Below, in pieces: positions 12,320 through 25,687 of a stretch of 64,000 nt of DNA. Where the stretch lies: the NCBI GenBank assembly GCA_024679065.1, contig JAGIQG010000008.1, positions 14,510,001 through 14,574,000 on the forward strand. The letters run 5' to 3'. This DNA comes from Sphyrna mokarran (taxonomy: Eukaryota). The notes under the pieces were generated by a model. It saw nothing but the letters and a program-made list of their open reading frames with translations. It was not told where the DNA came from and searched no databases. Numbering within the stretch: the stretch's first letter is position 1; each line of letters begins with the position of its first letter. The position numbers and the translations under genes were made by a program.

Positions 12320-12740
12320 TTTGATTTGATTTGATTTGATTTATTATTCTCACGTGTTAGCATACAGTGCTTTGTCTATACAGCACTGTATAGACAAAGC
12401 ATACCATTCATAGAGAAGGAAATGAGAGATAGAATTAGTATTATATTAGTAGTTAGAGTGTAGAGAAAGATCAACTTAATGCAAAGTAGGTCCATTCAAA
12501 AGACTTGAGTCGATTGGTAGGTGACCTCAGACTTTTGTGTCTTTTTCCCGATGGAAGAAGGTGGAAGAGAGAATGTCCAGGGTGCATGGGATCTTTAAAT
12601 ATACTGGCTGCTTTGCCGGGGCAGCAGGAAGTATAGATAGAATCAATGGATGGGAGATTGGTTTGTGTGATGGATTGAGCTACATTCATGACCAGGAGTC
12701 ATACCAAACTGTGATGCAGGCAGAAAGAATGTTTTTTTTA
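12320..12740 (-). mobile_element. Rex1/Babar-like LINE 3' fragment
   Basis: Minus ORF AQSITQTNLPSIDSIYTSCC..KAASIFKDPMHPGHSLFHLLPSGKR, with (TTTGA)n tail. Confidence 0.8.
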
Positions 12741-15739
12741 TGTCTGTCAACAATAGTGATGGCGTTCCAAAAGCAATTCATTGGAGGTCATTTTCACTTC
12801 TGGCTTGGACAGAGAAGGGTCACTAGCAGATTAATTGGCAGATATAAACCCTGCTTTGTGTTCCTTCACTGTCAAGTCAATGGAAAACTAAATAGGGCAG
12901 GAGTAAATAAGTTTATTCACCGGAGTTGATAGCTGCCTTCATTGTGTAAAGCCCTTTGGAACTTTTCAACCTTGCAATAAGGCACGCTATGAATATAAAT
13001 CATTTTCTTTCTGTAGAAATCTTGGCTTAATTGTGTTGCCAAAGTACTTCTTGTCCTCTTTTCAGAACTTAGTTTACTTCACTAGGAAGAGAATTTATTC
13101 TATTTAAAGATATAATGGGCTCTTGCATTTGGGGCCATTATATTGCGTAGGTGAAGAAAATAAAAAAATTTGGGCAACTTGGACCATATTCCTTCAATGG
13201 ACTCTGCCTGAATTTCTGTCCATTCAGTTAAATTTTCAGGGTAGTGGAGAAAGAGATGGAATATGGTCCTAATAGGCTAAATAGCTCAAAGAGCTGTCAC
13301 AGACACGTGGACGGAATGGCGTCCTTCAGCACTGAAAAATCCAATGGAAACAATTTTGTGCCCACATTAGTGCTCAGCGTGAATGGCAATGTAGGAACAA
13401 AGCCTTGCAAGAGCCTGGAAATTAGATTCTTGCTGGTGAGGTCTTGTTCGTGATTTTCCATGCCCCTCACCCATGACATATCAAAGCTCCCGTCCAAATA
13501 GACACTCATAACTCATTGATGCGCCCTGGCACCCTGGCAGCGGCAACCTGGTTGGCATTGGGGAGAGGGATGGGTTGGTGGTAGGGGAGTCTCTTTCAAA
13601 CACTGATCAGATAAGGAAAAGTGTTCTGATCACTTTGTGTTGGCCTTGCTATCAGGTCTCACTCCACCACAATGACAGCGAAACCGCTCACCCAGATTTT
13701 GTTTTGCCCAGAGTGAGCTAAAATGTGGAAAGCTCCTACTATGCAGCTGCAGAGCTGAAACCCATTTTTCTCACTCAGCCAACACTCTGTGCTCTGAGGG
13801 GAAGAATCTGCCCCATAGATTCTGTTGATTAAAGCATTGTGCTCTTCGCTGAGTGCTTTTCCCGTATTTGCAGAAAACACTCAATCTTATGGCTATGCAC
13901 ACCGGAAGGAGGAAAAATTTCCTCACATTCTTACTGAAATGTTATAAATTTCTTTGCTTACTCTAGCGTTGATTACCAACATTTGTCAATATTACAGGAC
14001 TGGCACCAGCAGAGAGGGTTCTCACCTCCCACACTAGGTAACACTTCTATACTTAGATTTAATCCAGGCCATTTGAGAAGTGAGTAAGACAGTTGTAAGG
14101 AACAGTCTAAGTTCATTTGTTTACAAATGAATACATGAGCATAAAAGATATAGCGCGGAAATGAGAATCTGACATGTACAAATGATTCCTTCTCTAAATG
14201 ATGTAGCCAGTCACAAGTAGATACGACGCAATAATGATAAAGGGCAGTGGAGGTCAAGTACACAAAACAGAAATTGAAACGGAGAGGATGGTGAAGGCAG
14301 AAAATGAACACATTTGATGTGAAATTATTTACTTTGGAGCATGAGCAGTCACAATCATAAATCCCAAGAGGCTGCCTTTCTCTGGGGATGCATATTTTGC
14401 ACATCAACGAGCGAGGAAGAGATCGAGAGACGAGAGTTAAAGGGAGAAAGTGGATGAAGAAATATGTACAGACCTGCGAAATTCTACCTGATGGGAAAGA
14501 GAGAGGCAAAATGTCCTGCATTTCAACACCACGGACAGCGTTGCATTGGCAAAAGATAACAACAGATATAAAAGATAGGCAGCGGGAGATGGAGAGAAAT
14601 TCCTTGAAAAGGGAACAAAGGAAAATGGGTGTGGACTGACCACATTAATATTTATAAACACCAAAGCAATATTGTTTGAATTTTATTATTGATGTTAACA
14701 AATAGGCAACAGGCAAATCACAGCTACTGAGGTAATTGGATTTCGAGGGCAGCCTTCCCCAGCTCAGTTCAAAAGCATGTTATAAAGAATGCTGAAAGCC
14801 CGATTAAAGTGAATTAAGATATTGTGAAGCTGGCGGGATGGGAAGAGTGAAATGAAATTAAAGCCAAGAGAACTGAGCGTTCAAAGAAGGCTAATGCATT
14901 TAAATCGCGGCGTGCAACATTAATAACAAATGATTTCATGAATCCATCTCAAATTCCTTTGTTAAAATGAGCGAACAGAGGGGTGGCAACAGACATTGCT
15001 GAGCCCAATTTCAACCCCTTAGGTGGAGCTGATTAGCTGGCAAAAGATTAATATTCTCTTGATGGAAAAGAAGCCAAATGAGTTTTGAGCCAGTCAGAAT
15101 AATTAGGGCAATATCGAATGGAGTTAATTTTGAAGTGAAAAAGAATAGGCAACCTTTCTCAACAACGTAAGCGTAATTACTTACATGACATTTTCATGAT
15201 CTATAAAATAATTTTAAAGTAGAAATATATTTTTAATATATTTGCAATTTGAGTTGCTGTTGTGGCTTGCAAATGGATGTTTTCTCATCTGATCCACAGC
15301 ATTTTACTTAATATCATAAGCATCATAACGCTTGTTCAAATCGATCAGTTTTTAACTCTACAACTATATTAGTTCAGAATATCTATGGAAGGAAACTCAG
15401 CATTCTTAAACACTGAGGGAAAACTCTTGATACTCTTTGCCAGGATCATAAAGTGACACGTAGTGGAGGCACAGAGATTGTATTGCATGTTTCTGCTCAG
15501 TGTAGGTTCAAGAAAGGCTTACCTACTTACTGTCTCTAGGGGCAATTTAACACCTACATCGCACTCATTTTTCAGTGAGTTCAGGTTGTAAGATCAGGAA
15601 TGAGCCGACTAGCGGGAATGACACCCGCTTTCACGCCCATTCCTATCTTACCAACAAAACTAAAACCAGGCGCAATCAAGAGCCCACCCAAAATGGATGG
15701 GATGCCAATTTGCACTCTTTTGTATTCATCTCAATATCC

Positions 15740-16047
15740 GGGCAGCATGGTGGCATAGTGGTTAGCACTGTTGCCTCACAGTGCCAGGGAACCGGGTTCG
15801 ATTCCCGGCTTGGGACACTGTTTGGGTGGGATTTGCACATTCTCCCCGTGTCTGCGTGTGTTTCCTCTGGGGGCTCCGGCTTCCTCCCACAGCCTGAAAG
15901 ATGTGCTGGTTAGGTGTGTTGGCCATGCCAAATTCTTCCTCAGTGCACCCGAACAGGTGCCGGAGTGTGGTAACCAGGAGCTTTTCACAGTAACTTCATT
16001 GCAGTGTTAATGTAAGCCTACGCGCGACTAATAAAAAATAAACTTTA
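15740..16047 (+). mobile_element. V-SINE, alternative tail (TTTTCACAGTAACTTCATTGCAGTGTTAATGTAAGCCTAC..TAATAAA)
   Basis: Same head and V-domain as the other V-SINEs, but a different 3' end of about 100 bp. Confidence 0.9.
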
Positions 16048-17516
16048 CTCAGTAATCAGCATCACATGCAATTCTCCCACCTCACTTGTCTTAATGTCCC
16101 CTTTGGGATGTGGGGGAATAGTTCAAACTAGCGAGTAAATTACGTCAGATCGTGAGACAGCACAGTGGCCAGTGTCCGAGGCAGGCACGGAGTACGTGGC
16201 ATCAGAGCAGTCATAAAATCAAATGTTAATGTTAAACAAACAACTCCCCATAATTTTATTATGCCTTTTGGTTTAAAATACAGAGTCATAAGAAATGGCA
16301 GGCTGTTGGAATTCTGCATGTACAAAGCAAGTTGTTGATTTAGCTGGTTGCTCAATGGGCTAAAAATGCAGATAAATACCAGGCTAAGCCTCTCCCACCC
16401 TCCCCAATAATGACTCAGCTAAAGCATTGTCGTGGACCTCTGAGTGAGTGGTCTGCTTTACACACTGGGCTGGGGAAATGGTTCCCATTGTGGAAGAAAA
16501 AACACCTGAGAAGAGACGAGAAAAGCAGTATTTATATATAACAAAAGAAATAATCTTTAAATGAATGGGTTTTATTAAAAGGGTCATTTGTGTTATGTAA
16601 AAGAGAAATTCCTATTGAACTGAAGCTGCCCTATATCATCCCTTTTCTTCCTGGCCAATGTGCATTCACTGTTCCTGATTTTGAAAGCATTTCCTCATTC
16701 AAACACCTTGATACACAGCGCCTTGGGTCACAGCACCCAGCACATACGCAAAGGCTGGGAAGATGAACACTTTGATGTGATTGCTTCTGAGCTGCTTCAT
16801 CATTTATTGATGATTCTATTAAAGTAGCTCGTGTGTTTTGAATCATCGAAAGGACTTGCACAGGCATTGCCAAGGAATGAATTCATATCCCCTCAGTGAA
16901 AAAAAAATGCACGGCTGCCTGTTACCACTTCAGCCTTTAAGTAAAGGCCTACCCAAAGAAAATCATAGGATGGAAGTGAGTCTGAGCCCATATTTGGGCC
17001 CTTGTACTGAGGAACCAGTGCCCAGGCTTAGCACTGAGGCACTAGTGCGCCCCTGAAGCAGGAAACCCAACAATCAATAGAAATTATTCCTCAGATCTCG
17101 ACGGCGTTCTTGGGATGAGCTATCAGCGCTGATCTTATCCTGTAAGGAGAGCAAGCGATTTTTTTTGACAGCCTGTTCTGCTGGCAGCTTTGTGGTCCTC
17201 AGTTAAATCCTGGAAGAAGGACTGGAATAATTTAGTGTGAGCCCTGATCATGGCTCCTTTGCAGTTGAGGCTGGGCTTCTAGTTTTTCAGGTACCAGAGG
17301 AGAGAGTTTTTTTAACCAAAAAAAAACATGAATTTGTCTTTGGTTGGTAACCCCACACAGCAGCTAAACAATCCTGAAAGCTTGATGCCCACTCCAGTCA
17401 CTGTGTGACCAGTTTGCCAAAAGGACTCCTTTAACATGCATTAAGCCTCAAATTTACACATTCAAGAGGCCAAATGGTTTGTTGTTAGGTTTTCCATTGC
17501 TATTTTCGTTCTTTTT

Positions 17517-17870
17517 TTCTTATTCATTTGAGGGACATGGGGGTCACTGGCTGGTCAGCATTTATTGCCCATCCCTAGTTGCCCTTGGAGAGTAGTTGAG
17601 ACTCAGATTGATGTTGATCTGGAGTCACATGTCAGCCAGGCCGGATAAGCATGGCAGATTTCCGTCCCTAAAGGACATTAGTGAACCAAATAGGTTTTAT
17701 CCGTCAATGGTTTCATGGTCATTGGTAGATATTTAATTCCCAAATTTTTTTATTAAATTCAAATTGAAATTCCACCATCTGCCATGGGGGGATTTGAACC
17801 CAGGACCCCAGAACATAAGCTGAGTTTCTGGATTAATAGTCTAGCAATAATACCATTAGGCCACCGCCTC
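17517..17870 (-). mobile_element. SINE family B, near full length
   Basis: The reverse complement starts GAGGCGGTGGCCTAATGGTATTATTGCTAGAC..GGGTTCAAATCCC (tRNA-like A/B boxes). Confidence 0.85.
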
Positions 17871-17949
17871 TTACAACCCTATTTCAGCTGAATGAACTGA
17901 ATTCAAATGAGCTCCATAAAGTCTGGCTGCATTCTGCTCTTCTTAGATC

Positions 17950-18255
17950 TGTAGAATCCCTACAGTACAGAAAGAGGCCATTCTGCCCATTGAGCCTGCA
18001 CCAACAACAATCCCAACCAAGCCCTATCCCCATAACCCCACATATTTACCCTATTAATCCCCCAGCAATTTAGCATGGCCAATCTAAACCTAACTTGCAC
18101 ATCTTTGGAGCATGGGAAAAAACCGAAATACCTGGAGGAAACCCACACAAACATGGGGAGAAGGTGCAAACTCCACACAGACAGTGACCCGAGGCAGGAA
18201 TTGGATCCAGGTCCCTGACACTGTGAGGCAGTGCTGCTAACCACTGTGCTGCCCC
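17950..18255 (-). mobile_element. V-SINE, CR1-type tail
   Basis: Reverse-complement head and V-domain. Confidence 0.9.
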
Positions 18256-19518
18256 TTAATTCCATATATTTGACTATGTTCATCGTAAAAGACTGTTTCA
18301 AATAATTTGAACCTTTTTTTCTGTCTTACAGGATTTGCTGTCATTCAGTTTTCTTTCTGTCCTTTAATTAATTATTTTCTCTCAGACTGTGCATCCTTGA
18401 TTTTATCTGTCATAGAACTAATGTTTCACTGAATATGTCTTTGATTTTCAGGTTTAAGCTTTTGGATTAAACGACAAAAAATTTTGCAATCAGAAAATAA
18501 CTTTTTGAAAGAGAACATTGCAGTTGCAAGTAGTTAATTTAAACTTCTTGTTGTTAAAGAGCTGGACATCATTATTGCATTAAGTATTGGGCTCTAATCA
18601 TACTCAAACAGAACATTTTAGTGACATGATGGCAATCTTGATGCATAAACTGCTGATACATATTTGCAGCCAATCAAAAATATTTTAAACAATTTGGCGA
18701 GGTTAGTAAATCCCCTTCTCAACACTGAATCCTCCATTTTGTTGGCTGTGAGGTATTTGAAGTAACATCCTTCTGTCTGATGTTTGTGCCGTGTATTGGG
18801 CACGGGGGTCAGCTGTACAGAGCCCTTTAAAATGATCTTTAGTCAATAAAAGGTCAAACCACAACAAAGTTGCAGTTTGACCTTGTCAAATAGAAGCCTG
18901 ATAGTTCTGCGAAACTTAACAATTCCACTGAAGGAATCTGATATGGAAATTCGGGAGGGGCATATGGGAGCTTTCGTGAGGAAAGCAATCTTAAAAAAGA
19001 GCAGATTGCTGTGTTACTGGCCGGAATTCTCCCATCCCACCTGCCGCTGGAATTCTAGCAGGGGTGGGGAGGGACGCGAACCATTGAAGAAGGGTGGGAT
19101 TGTTTGATTTTCAGGCAAGTGCGGCTGGGGAGTCCCAGTTACTAACTAACTACTGAAACTGAAAATGTTTTCTTGGTGACGTCATGTTATTGCTTTGCTC
19201 TTTATGTGCTGTTTTATCTGCCCTATTTTTCTCTCTCTGTCCTCCTCCATTGCTCTGCCCTTTTCCAGTCATATCCCCCTACTTTTTTGTTTTTTTATCT
19301 CCCCTCCTGATCTCTCAAGTTGTGGCTCCGATGTTACTGAGGAGCAGGGGATGTTCTAGGGGAGCCTGATCGCAGGAGGTAACCATGGTGAGACTGAGAA
19401 TGTGAAAGCCCTGATGATCTTAATGGCAGCTGGGTTTCTATTAGATAAAGGAATGCAGAGCCCCACGTCTAAAGTAGCCAGCTCCATTGTGTTCACTGAC
19501 CCCTGCCAGCCTAACTTT

Positions 19519-19970
19519 GTAAGAAGCCTCGCAATACTAGGTTAAAATCCAACAGGTTTATTTGATAGCAAAGCCACTAGGTTTCTGAGCACTGCTCCTT
19601 CATCAGGTGAGTGGGATTTCAGTTCACAAACAGCGTTTATAAAGACACAAACTCAATTTACAAAATAATAGTTGGAATGTGAGTCTTTACAGGTAATCAA
19701 GTCTTAAAGGTACAGACAATGTGAGTTGAGAGAGGGTTAAGCACAGGTTAAAGAGATGTATTGTCTCCAGCCAGGACAGTTAGTGAGAATTTACAAGTCA
19801 TGGGGATTACAGATACTGTGACATGAACCCAAAATTCCAATTGAGGCCATTCTCATGTGTGCAGAGGTCCGAAAGCTAGTGCTATCAAATAAATCTGTTG
19901 GACTTTAACCTGATGTTGTGAGATTCTTACTGTGTTTACCCCCAGTCCAATGAGGGCATCCCCACATCTA
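19519..19970. mobile_element. Penelope-like element fragment with inverted terminal segments
   Basis: 19519-19585 is the reverse complement of 19868-19932. Related pieces at 5185-5285, 27790-27930 and 33695-33775. Confidence 0.6.
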
Positions 19971-20371
19971 GTCTAACTTCCACCAGGCATGTGCAATTAA
20001 AATCAGAGCCTATGTTTCATTTCTATTCTGTTGGATTTATCTTTCCCCTCTCCCTGTGCTCTATCACTTTTGCATCAAGGCATCACAAGAAGTGGGTAAA
20101 GTTCAGACAATAACTTGGACAGGTTAAGCACGGTGGATTATCATGGGTTTAGCTAAGGTCCCAGGCTGGTGGAACATCAGGACTCGTGGACGTTAATGAG
20201 GGGAGAGATGTGAAGAGGCATCTTAAATAGTGCTACAGGCACAAGATAGTATAAGAAAGTAATTGATACTATGCATAATAGACCTAACTTCTGAGCTATT
20301 AATGGAATGCATACTTAATGGCTGAAATTGCAATGATCTCTAATACCTCCTACTGGCAAATCATAGAAGAA

Positions 20372-20690
20372 TTATAGAAACCCTACAGTACAAGAAAGAG
20401 ACCATTGGGCCCATTAATTCTGCACCAACCACAATCCTACCCAGGCCCCACTCCCACATCCCTCCATATTTACCCATTAATCCATCTAACCTATGCATCT
20501 CAGAACACTGAGGCCAATTTTAGCATGGCCAATCAACCAAACCTGTGGGAGAAAACTGGAGCACCCGGAGAAAACCCACGCAGACATGAGGAGAATGTGC
20601 AAACTCCACACAGACAGTGACCCAAGCCAGAAATTGAACTCAGGTCCCTGGAGCTGTGAAGCAGCAGTGCTAACCACTGTGCTACTGTGC
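20372..20690 (-). mobile_element. V-SINE, CR1-type tail
   Basis: Reverse-complement head and V-domain. Confidence 0.9.
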
Positions 20691-21409
20691 TACAAAGAGC
20701 AGGATTTTCCATAACTCCTCAAGCATGCTTAGTGGTCAGCCATTGGCCAGTGGTGGAATCTTCCAGTCCTGCTACTTTCAACAATGGTTTTCCATTGTTC
20801 ACACCCTTCATCTTCAGGGAACCCATATGGGGAACTGGAAGATTCCACTGGTGGGAATGTCAGGAAAATTCAGCCCAAAGCCACGAATTACCCAAAGACA
20901 TTAACAAAACTCTGACTGCAGTACTTACTGCAAGTATGCTTCTTTAGATGAACCTTGCTTTAATGTTAAAAAACATCACTGCTAAAATTAACCTCACTGT
21001 ATCCAACTCAAAGTTGCATGTATTGCTAACCCTTCAATATTCACTTGGAGTCTCCGGAAATTAACTTGATTTGAATTATTATTGTCTCATGTATTAGTAT
21101 ACAGTGAAAAATATTGTTTCTTGCACACTATACAGACAAAGCAAACTGTTCATAGACAGGGAAATGAGAGAGTGCAGAATGTAGAATGAATTAGAGCATT
21201 GTTAGAGCGTTTGAAAGAGTTAGAATGAAGTTTTAGAAGCATAGAATGACAGTAAATGATAAAATTAGAAGGTATGCTGGGCACAACTTGCAAGAAATAG
21301 CCTTGCTCCAGTGCTATCCTGTGAGGTATTGAAGACCATTCTCCAGGATACTGCAGTGTAGATTCCTGTTACGCAGGAAATAAGAAGTTATTGGGGGTAG
21401 ATGGGAATT

Positions 21410-21665
21410 TTTGATTTGATTTGATTTATTATTGTCACATGTATTACCATAGAGTGAAAAGTATTATTTCTTTTCTGCTATATAGACAAAGCACTCCAAT
21501 TACAGAGAAGGAAAGGCAAGTGTACAGAATGAGGAGTTACAGTCATAGCTAGGATATAGAGCAAGATCAATTTAGTGCGACATAGGTCCATTCAAAGGTC
21601 TGAAAGCAGTAGGGAAGAAGTTGTTCTTGAGTCTGTTGGCATCTGACCTCAGACTTTTGTATCTT
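21410..21665 (-). mobile_element. Rex1/Babar-like 3' fragment
   Basis: (TTTGA)n tail and RYKSLRS..NRLKNNFFPTA. Shorter copies at about 21065-21185 and 35700-35815. Confidence 0.75.
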
Positions 21666-22074
21666 TGTCCTGTGAATTCAAATACATACAGATTAGCAAT
21701 GATCTTATGGAATGGTTGAGCAGACTCGAGGGGCCAACAAGGCCCATTCTTGTTCCTATTTTGTATATTCATTGTGTGCAAAGCAGGAGAAAAATTATGA
21801 GGACATTACAAAAATATTCGATTTTGTTATCGGCAATGAACAGATGCAAAAATATTGCTGGATATTGAAAATGGGAGAGAAAGACTGTTTGGCTAATGGT
21901 TAAGCATCATCCAACTGGGGAATTTGTCTTTTTGCTTCCCAATTGATGTAGGAAGACAATGTGTCATGAGGAAGGATGTGTTGGCTGAATAATGGCTGGA
22001 GCACGGTGGAGGTGGGAATTCATGTAATGAAACTTCCAAGAGTACATCTAATCACAGTGGCAACCCAAGTGGTA

Positions 22075-22466
22075 CAGTGAAACCCCAATTTTATGTGCCC
22101 TGATTTAGTGCGAATTCAGATATAACGCGATGAATCATTGCACCCTTGATCACTTTTTTAAGAAATAAATTGTTGTTTAGTTTTGTTTATTAAAAAGCTT
22201 TACCAAAAATAAATTTGTGTTTTAATTTCTACTGTAACAACGATTTATTTGTGGAATTCTTCAATTAAAAGCTAATTTACTTGCCAGATGGCGAACGGGG
22301 AAGAAATGGGTCAAATAAGGTAATAATAGGGGTGTTTTAGGATGTTAGGTCAACATTGGGGCGGTTTAAACGCTGATTTTCTTGAACCATGATTTAGCGT
22401 GACCCTGCTTTTTTTGCAATAATATTTTATGGACCCCAACCATGGCATTATAATGGGGCTGCATTG
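22075..22466. mobile_element. Tc1/mariner-pogo (Tigger-like) MITE
   Basis: TA|CAGTGAAAACCCCAATTTTATG at the left and CATTATAATGGGGCTGCATTG|TA at the right form imperfect TIRs with TA flanks. Confidence 0.6.
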
Positions 22467-22715
22467 TACCTGCAATATTCTTGCTGGTTTCATGGTTATC
22501 AGTAGCTTCTTAATTCCAGACATTTTTTATTGAATTGAAATTCCACTATCTGCAGTGGTGGGATACGAACCTGGGTCTCCAGAACATTGGTTGTGTTTCT
22601 CCATTGATCGTCTAGGCCTAATTAATATTGAAGACCATGCTGGAGAACCATCTTTCCCCTGAATAGTTCAAATTGAAGTCTCTAAACAGCATGGTCCTCA
22701 ATATTAATCAGGCTT

Positions 22716-23023
22716 AAACTATTAATCCAGAAACTCAGCCAATGTTCTGGGGACCGGGGTTCATAGCACGCCACAGCAGATGGTGGAATTTGAATTCAAT
22801 AAGGGATATCTGGAATTAAGAAGCTGCTGATGACCACGAAACCATTGCCAATTGTCGGAAAAACCTATTTGGTTCACTGATGTCCTTTCAGGAAGGAAAT
22901 CTGCTGTCCTTACCTGGTCTGGCCTACATGTGACTCCAGAGCTATAGCAATGCAGTTGACTCTGAACTGCCCTCGTGCAACTAGGGATCAGGCAACGATG
23001 CCCATTTCCCATGAGTAAAAAAA
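22716..23023 (+). mobile_element. SINE family B (5'-altered), with a partial inverted copy at 22486-22615
   Basis: Matches the 17517 copy and ends in an A-run. Confidence 0.85.
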
Positions 23024-25687
23024 AATTCATAACCATTTCGAAACACCATGACAGACAAATAGGTCTTACCTTTAGAAATTGATACTTTAAAGATTTTTGA
23101 TTATACATCCTTCCGATTTCATGAGTTCTGTTGAAAGCTGTGTCAGAAGGTTACTTTCCTTAGCATGGGCACAGGAGCTTAAATGATACAATCATAATAA
23201 TGCTCATATTGTAACCTCCTCAAGGCTGTTTATCTCAGTGCTGAGATCAGTAAAATTACAGAAAACACACTGAAAGAAAAACAGTTGGTTATTGACACAA
23301 AACAGCAGTTATCTATCAACGAGGTCTGCTCCCATCTCTGTGAATAGCTTTCTAACAGTTTGATAGTGCCTTGGTGTTCCTTTGTTTATTTCTGTTAGCT
23401 CTTCCAGTTTATGTTCTCAATTTCCCAAGGTTGCCTTCTGCACTTCTTTATGTGTATTTAGGAGTCTCTATCCCTGGTATTTCATAGAAAATTTCCAGTA
23501 TTCTATTCATTGTGGGACATGGGTATCACTGGCTGGCCAGCATTTATTGCCCATTCCTAGTTGCCCTTGGAAGGGTCAATCACATTGCTGCGGCTCTGGA
23601 GTCACATGTTGGCCAGACCAGATAAGGTTGGGAGATTGCCTTCTCTAAGGGGCATTAGTGAACCAGAGTTTTTCCAACAATGACAATGTTTTCACAGTCA
23701 TAACTGAACATGTTAAGGGAAGGAAAAAGTTAACTTGATTAAGAAACTACGTCTTCCTTATCACAAGGTCTATGAGAGAGAGTAGGATCATTAGACGTGA
23801 CATCATGCCCTGTGTTGTGTACTGTGATCTATTAGTATATCACATAGTAAGAATTGATACATTATACTACATTTCCCCTAAGTCTCTGATTCTCTCAATT
23901 ATACAAAATCTTCCCCGACGTCTCTGACTTTCATTTCCTTCTTAGTAGGATTTCACTGGCCTATCCAAAGAGATCCTCAGAGCCTTTGAAAGAGTTTGTG
24001 GATTTGACTCCTGTACATTATCTTTCAGATCTCTCTGCTGGACAGGAGAATTAGTAGACAAATCAAGTTCATTAATCTGGTAGTCACCTGTATTGGTAGA
24101 TAAATGCAACATCTCAAGTCTGCTATATTTTGTAGACAACTACTCTTGCCTTATCGAATTCTGCTTCTATATGGCAACTGGAGTATGTCTGTTCTGTCTC
24201 ACAGTCCTATCATCAATTTGGATGAGGTAAGGCTTATGGATGTGGTGTTGTTCAACCACTTGTCCATGGTGAGCTTAGCATCAGATCCAAACTGGCTCTC
24301 CTGGTGGGAGGTCAGGCATGTTGTGTTCTTTGTAACATTTGCTTTGGTACCACCACTAGTTGGAACAATACCCATCCTATTTTGCCTTCACTTTTCCAAA
24401 TCATCAGCTTGTATGTGGGTCATGAATGTGTGTGGGAGAGTAAGGAGAGTTCTCAGCCTTCTTCCCATTTAGAGTACTCAAGATGTCCATTTTGGAGTGG
24501 AGTTCAACAACAACTCAAATATAAATTAGATATATTTACTCTTCTTCAGCAACACTGTCACTTCCTGCACTGCCTCTTGCAGCTTCACCATTGAGTTTGA
24601 GAATATCTTGATGAGTTGGTGGGAGGTCTGGCAGGTTGCATTCTTTGTAACATTTGCTTTGGTACCACAAAGCTGATGGTATGGAAAAATCCACATAATG
24701 CTGTGAACTCTTTAAAATACTAAATAGCTGATTATGGTGCATTGTCTGAAATGGCACTGTCTATTATTCCAGTGACAGAATTTTACTGCCCCACCTGCCA
24801 CAGGAATCGGAGCAGGCGAGGGGTGTACAATGGGAAAGTTGATTGACCTCGGGGGGATTTTACGGTTTTGGGATGAGTGAGGCTGTAAAATCCCACCCTA
24901 GATGTTGTAAATATTTCCTTCAGCGACGTCATCATTGATTTAGAATTGTGACCCTGTAGTTGCTTGAGCTCTATCCATCTTGAGTGATAGTTCACTGTGT
25001 TCAAGAATATTTTACCTCTGTGTCCGAAGATTCATTCCAAGACATTAGCATGGAGTTGATGGAAAGGAAGGTGACATCAACGGTCTTGTATCCTGATGAT
25101 GAATTGCACAAGCAATAGTTTGATATCAGCTCTTCTAATCTCTGGCCACCATAAGAATAACATGCCCTGGTTCAACTTTTTGTGACAAAGAGCAATTGTT
25201 GCTATTTATCAGGCCACACAGCTTTGCCAATGATCACGGTCATAGTTGTGAGGTAGAACCAACCAAGTAAGCGTATAAATTGGGGGAAACAACTATACTC
25301 AGAACAGAGATAAGAATGCTTTTAAATGCCATGATTCTAAGACTCTAACAATGCAAAAACTCACGCTACATTTGCATACTCCGCTGTGATGAGTCTGATA
25401 AATAAACTTATCCTTGAAGAGACACAGCATCACAATCACCCTCTCATCACCAAGTACACTGTGATGCCCTCACTGTTCATAGCACTATCTGAGAATGGGA
25501 TTGTGTGACTTTTGTAAAATAGCCATCTTTTGACACAGCACTCTCTGACCTCAGGATATCCTTCATCAGATTTCTCTGCATTCCTGATTTCTTTCACTCG
25601 CTGAGCTATTGCTGGTAGAGTTGTGATTATTATTGATTGAAAGGGTTTCCCTCTCTTCAACTCATGCATTACCTTGTTCAGACCTTG

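Noticed and set aside
13973..14521. 182-aa minus-strand ORF
   Set aside because: No recognisable domain. The F/L/S/C-rich composition mirrors a purine-rich plus strand.
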